From contig NZIQ01000003.1 in NCBI GenBank assembly GCA_002691685.1, positions 1,226 through 65,225 of the forward strand: DNA of 64,000 nt, given 5' to 3'. A model generated the notes under the pieces. That model was given only the letters and a program-made list of their open reading frames with translations, searched no databases and was not told the DNA's origin. This DNA is from Flavobacteriaceae bacterium. Lineage in GTDB: Bacteria > Bacteroidota > Bacteroidia > Flavobacteriales > Flavobacteriaceae. The position numbers and the translations under genes are program-made. This document shows positions 57,337 through 64,000 of this stretch, piece after piece (position 1 is the stretch's first letter; each line of letters starts with the position of its first letter).

Positions 57337-59183
57337 AATTCTTCAACGGCATCTAGTTCTACTTTCAAGTTATTAATCACAAATTTCTGGCGGTCAGGGG
57401 TATTTTTACCCATATAAAAAGTCAACAACTGATCAATACTCAAGGATTTATCTGCTAAAACAGGTTCAAGACGTATGTTATCGCCAATAAAATTTTTGAA
57501 TTCATCAGGAGAAATTTCACCTAAGCCTTTGAATCGCGTGATTTCTGGATTAGCCCCTAATTCATTTAAGGCCTTTAAACGTTCTTCTTCTGTGTAACAA
57601 TATCTAGTTTCTTTTTTGTTCCTCACTCTAAAAAGAGGGGTTTGTAATATGTACAAATGATTTTCTTTGATGAGTTCTGGGAAAAACTGCAAGAAAAAAG
57701 TAATCAGTAAAAGCCTTATGTGCATTCCATCAACATCTGCATCTGTTGCTATTACAATGTTATTATATCTTAGATTTTCTAAAGACTCTTCTATGTTGAG
57801 TGCCGCCTGAAGCAAGTTAAATTCTTCATTTTCATAAACAATTTTTTTGCTCATTCCAAAAGAATTTAAAGGCTTCCCTCTTAAACTAAATACAGCTTGA
57901 GTGTTGACATCTCTTGACTTGGTGATTGAACCAGAAGCAGAATCACCTTCGGTAATGAAGAGTGTTGATTCGAGTCTTCTGTCTTTTTTCATGTCACTAA
58001 GGTGAACTCTACAGTCTCTAAGTTTTTTATTGTGTAAACTGGCTTTTTTGGCCCGTTCTCTAGCCAATTTCCGAATTCCAGATAATTCTTTGCGTTCTTT
58101 TTCGGCTTGAACAATTCTTTGCTGAATAAGTTCTGCAATTCCTCCATTTTTGTGTAAAAAATTATCGAGTTGAGTGCCGATAAAGTCATTGATATAGGTT
58201 CTCACTGTAGGCAGCCCATCCCCCATGTCTGTGGATCCGAGTTTGGTTTTTGTTTGAGATTCGAAAACAGGCTCCATGACCTTAATGGCGATTGCCGATA
58301 TAATAGACTTTCTTATGTCTGAAGCATCGTAATTTTTTCCAAAAAATTCTCTTATAGTTTTGACTAATGCTTCTCTAAAAGCGGATTGATGAGTCCCCCC
58401 CTGTGTGGTGTGCTGTCCATTGACAAATGAATGATATTCCTCATTGTACTGAGAACGACTGTGTGTAATAGCAACTTCAATGTCATCTCCCTTAAGGTGT
58501 ATTATGGGATACAAGAAATCTTCCTGAGAATTTTGAAATTCAAGTAGATCTTTGAGACCATTTTCAGAATAGAATTCCTCTCCATTAAAAACAATAGTAA
58601 GCCCAGGATTGAGATAGACATAATTTCTGAGCAATCGCTCAATGTATTCCGCTCTGAATCTAAAATTCTTAAAAATACTTTGATCAGGTATGAACGCAAT
58701 TTGAGTGCCGTTTCGTTCCTTAGTTTCTTCCGTAAATTCTTCTTGAAGTTCACCAGCGCTAAAAATGGCAGTTTTACCCTTTTTATCTCTAATAGAAGTG
58801 ACTTTAAAAAAATTAGAGAGTGCGTTTACGGCTTTTGTTCCTACTCCATTTAATCCAACTGATTTTTTAAAAGCTCGGGTGTCATATTTTCCTCCCGTGT
58901 TCATTTTCGATACAACATCGACTACCTTACCTAAAGGTATGCCACGCCCAAAGTCTCGAATATGAACTGTTGAATCTTCAATTTTAATTTCAATGCGCTT
59001 GCCTGCTCCCATCACAAATTCGTCTACACTATTGTCGAGGATTTCTTTAAGAAGTATATATATTCCGTCATCAGCAGAGGAGCCATCACCAAGTTTTCCG
59101 ATATACATTCCCGGTCTAACTCTGATGTGCTCCTTCCAATCTAAGGAACGGATATTCTCTTCTGTGTATTGAACTTGACTCAT
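57333..59183 (-). CDS. parE: DNA topoisomerase IV subunit B
   Basis: GHKL ATPase ([22 protein letters not shown]), Toprim ([15 protein letters not shown]) and a PLRGK-like LRGKPLN motif. Confidence 0.78.
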   Translation of the reverse strand: MSQVQYTEENIRSLDWKEHIRVRPGMYIGKLGDGSSADDGIYILLKEILDNSVDEFVMGAGKRIEIKIEDSTVHIRDFGRGIPLGKVVDVVSKMNTGGKYDTRAFKKSVGLNGVGTKAVNALSNFFKVTSIRDKKGKTAIFSAGELQEEFTEETKERNGTQIAFIPDQSIFKNFRFRAEYIERLLRNYVYLNPGLTIVFNGEEFYSENGLKDLLEFQNSQEDFLYPIIHLKGDDIEVAITHSRSQYNEEYHSFVNGQHTTQGGTHQSAFREALVKTIREFFGKNYDASDIRKSIISAIAIKVMEPVFESQTKTKLGSTDMGDGLPTVRTYINDFIGTQLDNFLHKNGGIAELIQQRIVQAEKERKELSGIRKLARERAKKASLHNKKLRDCRVHLSDMKKDRRLESTLFITEGDSASGSITKSRDVNTQAVFSLRGKPLNSFGMSKKIVYENEEFNLLQAALNIEESLENLRYNNIVIATDADVDGMHIRLLLITFFLQFFPELIKENHLYILQTPLFRVRNKKETRYCYTEEERLKALNELGANPEITRFKGLGEISPDEFKNFIGDNIRLEPVLADKSLSIDQLLTFYMGKNTPDRQKFVINNLKVELDAVEEL

Positions 59184-59327
59184 CGATTAAAATTGAGTGC
59201 TCTAAAATAAGGTGGTTTGACGGAAGTTGCTTGAGACAAACAATAAAGTAATTAACAAAAATATTGAGAGTTTTACACACTCAACTCTTATTCTATTGTA
59301 TATTTAAATACAATAACCATATCAATT

Positions 59328-61400
59328 ATGAAAAATATTATTTTTATCCTCTCTCTTTTTTTATTAGTTTCTTGTGAACAATCTTTTAGTCTTAGCGTAC
59401 AAAATATAAATGATGAGATTTTAGAAAATGCTAATGATTATCAAGGGGATTGGCTTACGTATGGAAAAAATTACAGTGAAAATAGACACAGTGAACTCAA
59501 TCTTATCAATAAAGAAAATGTAGAAGATCTCGAATTAGCATGGTCTCTTAATTTAAATACTAAGCGCGGAATTGAGTCTACTCCACTTGTGGTAAACGGT
59601 ATTATGTACCTTACTGGACCATGGAGTTTGGTGTATAGTGTAGATGCAAAATCCGGAGAACTATTGTGGACCTATAACCCAAATGTTTCTAAGTCACATG
59701 GAGAAATGGCTTGCTGTGATGTTGTGAACAGAGGTCTAGCAATGTATAAGGGTAAATTATATTTAGGCGCTTTAGACGGCCGCCTCATTGCACTGAATGC
59801 ATCTAATGGTCAGGTAATTTGGGAAAAAAACACCCTTGTAGGACTTGAAGGTAGTTATACCATCACGGGTGCTCCAAGAGTTTTTGACGGAAAAGTCTTT
59901 ATAGGAAATGGTGGAGCAGAGTACGGTGTTAGAGGTTTTTTCTCTGCATATAATGCAGAGACTGGTGAGTTGGATTGGAGATTTTACACTGTTCCTGGAA
60001 ATCCTGAAAATGGATTTGAGCATCCCGAATTAGAAGAGGCAGCAAAAACTTGGACTGGTGAATGGTGGAAATATGGAGGTGGTGGAACTGCTTGGGATTC
60101 ATTTGTTTATGACGCTAAGGAAAAGTTAATTTACGTAGGAACGGGTAATGGATCTCCTTGGAATAGAGAAATTAGAAGTCCTGGAGGTGGAGATAATCTT
60201 TATTTATCTTCTATTCTTGCCTTGGATGTAAAAACAGGTCAACTCAAATGGCATTACCAAACTACTCCAGGAGAAACATGGGATTATACCGCTGTGCAAC
60301 CATTAATGTTGGCTGATCTGCAAATTAAAGGAAAAAATAGGAAGGTCATAATGCAAGCACCTAAAAATGGATTTTTTTATGTCTTAGATCGTCTTACAGG
60401 AGAATTAATTTCTGCTGAAAAGTTTGTTTATGCCAACTGGGCTGAAAAGGTGGATTTAGAAACAGGTCGTCCCGTAGAAACAAGTTTTGCGCGACATATC
60501 AATGAAAATGTAGAAATATATCCAGGACCGTTTGGTGGACATAATTGGCAGGCTATGGCATATAATCCAAATTCAGGATTAGTTTATATCCCTGCTCGAG
60601 AAATGTCTATGCAATACGGTAAAGAGTCAACTTTTGAATTTGAGCCTAAGCAATGGAACACAGGTACTGAATTGGTGCCTGGAGCATCTGGGAAGAACAA
60701 CGGTAACGAAATTTTGTTAGATTCTATATTAAAAGGTGAGAGTTATGGAAAACTCCTTGCATGGGATCCGGTGAAAAGTGTCGAAGTTTGGTCACATAAA
60801 CAAGATAATGTATGGAATTCTGGCGTTTTGTCTGTGAATAACATGATTTTTCAAGGAGATGCTGAGGGTAATTTTGTTGCATTTGACGCTTTTAATGGAG
60901 ATCAATTATGGTCTAAGAATTTAAATACTGGAATTATTGCACCCCCTATGACTTATATGATTGAAGGTGAGCAATATATATCCATACCCGTTGGTTGGGG
61001 AGGTGTTTACGGAAATGGAAATAAACACACCGAACAAATCAATCCAGGCACGATTTACACCTTTAAAATTAACGGACAAGGAAAGTACCCTGAATTTGAA
61101 AAGGCATTGAAGAAAAGTCGAATTACATTTAATACCTCAATGTCAATGGACGATATTTTACACGGAGGTCAAATGTTCTCTATATATTGTTCGCAATGTC
61201 ACAATTTAGGAAACGGCGGTGGAACTATTCCAGATTTAACCTATTCTACAGAAACAGTTTTCGATATGTATGACAATATTGTTTTAAAAGGAGTTTTTCT
61301 TCCGAAGGGAATGCCTTCATTTAAAGACCGTCTTAGCGAGAAAGATGTTGAAAAGATAAAGGCTTATGTTTTGCACACAGCTTCAACACTTGAGCCCTAA
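59328..61400 (+). CDS. PQQ-dependent quinohemoprotein alcohol dehydrogenase (type II ADH-like) lipoprotein
   Basis: Lipobox LLVSC, vicinal Cys pair GEMACCDVVNRG, repeated W-motif beta-propeller, catalytic-region ETWDYT, and a C-terminal cytochrome c domain with CSQCHN (CxxCH) and a later Met (KGMPSF). Confidence 0.85.
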   Translation: MKNIIFILSLFLLVSCEQSFSLSVQNINDEILENANDYQGDWLTYGKNYSENRHSELNLINKENVEDLELAWSLNLNTKRGIESTPLVVNGIMYLTGPWSLVYSVDAKSGELLWTYNPNVSKSHGEMACCDVVNRGLAMYKGKLYLGALDGRLIALNASNGQVIWEKNTLVGLEGSYTITGAPRVFDGKVFIGNGGAEYGVRGFFSAYNAETGELDWRFYTVPGNPENGFEHPELEEAAKTWTGEWWKYGGGGTAWDSFVYDAKEKLIYVGTGNGSPWNREIRSPGGGDNLYLSSILALDVKTGQLKWHYQTTPGETWDYTAVQPLMLADLQIKGKNRKVIMQAPKNGFFYVLDRLTGELISAEKFVYANWAEKVDLETGRPVETSFARHINENVEIYPGPFGGHNWQAMAYNPNSGLVYIPAREMSMQYGKESTFEFEPKQWNTGTELVPGASGKNNGNEILLDSILKGESYGKLLAWDPVKSVEVWSHKQDNVWNSGVLSVNNMIFQGDAEGNFVAFDAFNGDQLWSKNLNTGIIAPPMTYMIEGEQYISIPVGWGGVYGNGNKHTEQINPGTIYTFKINGQGKYPEFEKALKKSRITFNTSMSMDDILHGGQMFSIYCSQCHNLGNGGGTIPDLTYSTETVFDMYDNIVLKGVFLPKGMPSFKDRLSEKDVEKIKAYVLHTASTLEP

Positions 61401-61403
61401 TGG

Positions 61404-62498
61404 CTATACATTAAATCTAAAATGCATGACATCGCCGTCACTGACGATATAGTCCTTTCCTTCTACACGAATTTTACCAGCTTCTTTAACTTTCGATTCT
61501 GAACCATAAGAAGTGTAATCTTGATAAGAAATGACTTCAGCACGTATAAAGCCTTTTTCGAAATCAGTGTGTATTACTCCAGCAGCTTGTGGAGCTGAAA
61601 CTCCTTTTTTGATGGTCCAAGCACGAACTTCCTTGGGACCTGCTGTAAAATAAGTTTCAAGATTTAACAGTGCATATGCCGATCTTATCAATTTTGCGGA
61701 ACCGGGTTCATTAAGTCCGATGTCTTCTAAAAAGAGTTGTCGTTCTTCATAATCATCGAGTTCATTGATATCTGCTTCAGTTCCAATGGCTAGGTACAAT
61801 ACTTCTGCATTTTCATTTTGTACCATCTCTCTTACTTTAGACACGTATTCATTACCTTCTAATGCACTTTTTTCATCGACATTACAGACGTATAAAACAG
61901 GTTTATCTGTTATGAGCTGCAGTGGTTTGACGTAATCCACATAGTCTTCTTTTTGCAAATCTACAGCCCGTACTGATACGCCAGCTTCTAGGTTGTTTTT
62001 GAGAAGCACTAGAATCTCCTCTTCTTTTTGTGCTTCTTTATTTCCAGTTTTGGCAGCTCTCTTAACTTTATCTAATCGTTTTTCAACGGCCTCTAAATCC
62101 TTTAATTGAAGCTCTATATCAATGGTTTCTTTATCTCGAATTGGATCTACAGAGCCATCAACATGCACTATATTATCGTCGTTAAAGCATCTCAAAACAT
62201 GAAGTATTGCGTCGGTCTCCCTAATGTTGGCCAGGAATTGATTTCCTAAGCCCTCTCCTTTACTAGCTCCTTTTACAAGACCTGCAATATCAACGATTTC
62301 TACTGTAGCCGGAATAACTCTTTCTGGATCCACCAACTCTTGAAGTTTTTCCAATCGAGAATCGGGAACATTAACAACCCCTATATTCGGTTCTATGGTA
62401 CAAAATGGAAAATTTGCACTTTGTGCTTTTGCGTTAGATAAACAATTGAAAAGAGTTGATTTTCCGACATTGGGTAAACCTACTATACCTGCTTTCAT
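61404..62498 (-). CDS. ychF: Ribosome-binding / redox-regulated ATPase YchF
   Basis: MKAGIVGLPNVGKSTLFN N-terminus, DIAGLVKGAS, and a TGS-like C-terminus (DGDVMHFRFNV). Confidence 0.93.
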   Translation of the reverse strand: MKAGIVGLPNVGKSTLFNCLSNAKAQSANFPFCTIEPNIGVVNVPDSRLEKLQELVDPERVIPATVEIVDIAGLVKGASKGEGLGNQFLANIRETDAILHVLRCFNDDNIVHVDGSVDPIRDKETIDIELQLKDLEAVEKRLDKVKRAAKTGNKEAQKEEEILVLLKNNLEAGVSVRAVDLQKEDYVDYVKPLQLITDKPVLYVCNVDEKSALEGNEYVSKVREMVQNENAEVLYLAIGTEADINELDDYEERQLFLEDIGLNEPGSAKLIRSAYALLNLETYFTAGPKEVRAWTIKKGVSAPQAAGVIHTDFEKGFIRAEVISYQDYTSYGSESKVKEAGKIRVEGKDYIVSDGDVMHFRFNV

Positions 62499-62516
62499 GT
62501 ACTAGGAGTGGTTTGG

Positions 62517-62867
62517 TTAGCTATTTTGATGCAAAAATGATTGCTTTTCTAAAAGTTCAGCCTCGGTTTCGACTGCATCTTCGTCGGGAACGCAACAATC
62601 TACAGGGCATACGGCGGCACATTGGGGCTCTTCATGAAACCCCTTGCATTCGGTGCATTTACCTGGAACGATATAGTAGAATTCATCAGAAACAGGCATT
62701 TGAGCTTCGTCGGCAATGAATAAACCTTTTGCTGTTTCCACAGCACCTTTTAAGTTGGTGCCATCAGAATACCTCCATTGGTCAGCACCCTCGTAAATTG
62801 CGGTATTTGGGCACTCTGGTTCACAAGCTCCACAATTAATACATTCATCCGTGATTATAATGGCCAT
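62517..62867 (-). CDS. 4Fe-4S dicluster ferredoxin
   Basis: MAIIITDECINCGACEPECP, plus a second cluster motif CTECKGF…CAAVCPVDCC. The ATG at 62867 is preferred over the tracked 62912. Confidence 0.85.
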   Translation of the reverse strand: MAIIITDECINCGACEPECPNTAIYEGADQWRYSDGTNLKGAVETAKGLFIADEAQMPVSDEFYYIVPGKCTECKGFHEEPQCAAVCPVDCCVPDEDAVETEAELLEKQSFLHQNS

Positions 62868-62920
62868 TAGCGTATTTTTGTACAAAAATAAAACAGTAGA
62901 CCTAGATAACAAACTTTATC

Positions 62921-63946
62921 ATGTCAGCTAAGGAATCAAATATTGCATTATTGAATCATTTAGCCCTAGAAATTGAAGCATTGCTCTCAACTTCTTCTGG
63001 TGAATTTGATTCACTTATTTCGAGGATAAATGCCGAGAATCCTTGGTTTATAGCATCTGAAATTAAAAGGGCTTTAAATTATTGGTCTATCAACTTACGC
63101 CAATCAGTTGTGCGTAACTGGTTAAATTCTTACAAGTTTGATGAGAAAAAAGTTTCCAAGAAGGTACTACTCATATGCGCTGGGAATATTCCGCTTGTAG
63201 GTTTTCACGATTTTATCTCAGTTATTTTATCAGGACATCACGTGCTGCTCAAATTATCTAGCAAAGATCAAAAGCTGTTTCGCTATTTGTTGAAAAGACT
63301 TGAACATCTAGATTCGACTTTTAGTCGTAATTATACCTTAATAAATGAGCCTGTTAAGGCATTTGACGCTGTCATTGCCACGGGAAGTGCAAATACTTCT
63401 AGGTATTTTGAGTTTTATTTTAAAGATTATCCAAAAATTATCAGGCCGAACAAAACCTCTGTAAGTATTTTAAGTTCATCTGTAAGTGATCAACAGCTAT
63501 CATTATTGGCGGAGGATGTATTTAATTACTTTGGTTTAGGTTGCAGGAGTATTACAAAAATTTACCTGCCTCAAAATTTTGATTTAGAACGATTGAGATT
63601 GGCATTTGAGAGTTTTAATGAATTGATTCACCATCATAAATTTCGTAATAACATTGATTATCAACGCTCGATTAATTTGCTGAATAAAACGGACTTTATT
63701 GACTTAGGACACCTCTTATTAATTGAAAACAAGGCTGTCTTCTCACCTATGGGCTGTTTGTATTATGAATTTTACAATTCCTTTGAAGCTTGTGTTGAGC
63801 AGGTAAAACAAAATGACGATTTGCAATTGATAGCTTCAGATTTTTCTTTTGAAAACAGTATTTCTTTAGGTGAAACCCAATCGCCTCACCTAAATCAATA
63901 CGCAGACCAAATAGATACTATTGAATTTCTAACTGAATTTACTTAA
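62921..63946 (+). CDS. Acyl-CoA reductase (LuxC-like) family protein
   Basis: Length, plus the LLICAGNIPLVGFHDF and GLGCRS motifs, are typical of the LuxC/acyl-CoA reductase family as annotated in Flavobacteriia. Called from memory. Confidence 0.55.
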   Translation: MSAKESNIALLNHLALEIEALLSTSSGEFDSLISRINAENPWFIASEIKRALNYWSINLRQSVVRNWLNSYKFDEKKVSKKVLLICAGNIPLVGFHDFISVILSGHHVLLKLSSKDQKLFRYLLKRLEHLDSTFSRNYTLINEPVKAFDAVIATGSANTSRYFEFYFKDYPKIIRPNKTSVSILSSSVSDQQLSLLAEDVFNYFGLGCRSITKIYLPQNFDLERLRLAFESFNELIHHHKFRNNIDYQRSINLLNKTDFIDLGHLLLIENKAVFSPMGCLYYEFYNSFEACVEQVKQNDDLQLIASDFSFENSISLGETQSPHLNQYADQIDTIEFLTEFT

Positions 63947-64000
63947 ATGAAAATACACAACTTTGGTGCTGGCCCATGTATACTGCCGCAAGAGGTTTTT
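63947..64000 (+). CDS. serC: Phosphoserine aminotransferase, N-terminal fragment (continues beyond the window)
   Basis: The ATG abuts the preceding TAA. MKIHNFGAGPCILPQEVF matches the SerC N-terminal NF(S/G)AGP..LP motif. Confidence 0.7.
   Translation, partial: MKIHNFGAGPCILPQEVF

Noticed and set aside
59294-59315. Inverted repeat tattgtat-atttaa-atacaata, 13 nt upstream of the PQQ-ADH start codon, considered as an operator.
   Set aside because: It is almost entirely A/T, only 8 bp per arm, and unsupported by any adjacent regulator gene. It could easily arise by chance.
1-64000. I searched the whole window for CRISPR arrays, IS elements, transposases, integrases, phage genes, and rRNA or tRNA genes.
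   Set aside because: I found no regularly spaced direct repeats, no long inverted terminal repeats, no recombinase- or transposase-like ORFs, and no GC-rich structured RNA genes. Every long ORF is a housekeeping-type gene, so the window looks like core chromosome rather than an accessory island.

Overview
The window is AT-rich, gene-dense and almost entirely core chromosome, from a Bacteroidota (most likely Flavobacteriia) genome. Lineage markers are a fused lpxC-fabZ gene, a short 287-aa primary sigma factor, a fused E1 alpha/beta 2-oxoacid dehydrogenase, many 1-11 nt start/stop overlaps, and a TAnnTTTG-type -7 box. I support about 62 protein-coding genes.

Main gene groups:
- A complete histidine operon: hisG, a fused hisD-hisC, hisB, hisH, hisA, hisF, hisIE.
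- A lipid A cluster: lpxD, lpxC/fabZ, lpxA, efp, a second lpxD paralog, plus lpxH and a partial LpxL-like gene elsewhere.
- aroC and aroB, menB, rpoD, parC/parE, mutS2-like, ung, ychF, tsaE, sucD, fabG.
- Two M14 carboxypeptidases, an Amidase_2 lipoprotein and a DUF1611/dipeptide-epimerase pair.
- A quinohemoprotein PQQ alcohol dehydrogenase.
- A ChlI-like AAA+/vWA pair.

I saw no rRNA, tRNA, CRISPR array, transposase, integrase or obvious defence island. I therefore do not claim a large novel system.

The most interesting signals are small-scale:
1. A compact His-codon leader peptide with antiterminator and terminator directly upstream of hisG.
2. A hisD-hisC gene fusion.
3. A vWA/AAA+/DUF2461 trio appended to the his operon with no intervening terminator, where the AAA+ has atypical Walker motifs.
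4. A 700-bp ORF-free region carrying orphan intrinsic terminators, which are sRNA candidates.
5. An unannotated 47-codon membrane-peptide gene with its own -7 box and terminator.

All family assignments come from motif recognition by eye. No searches were run.
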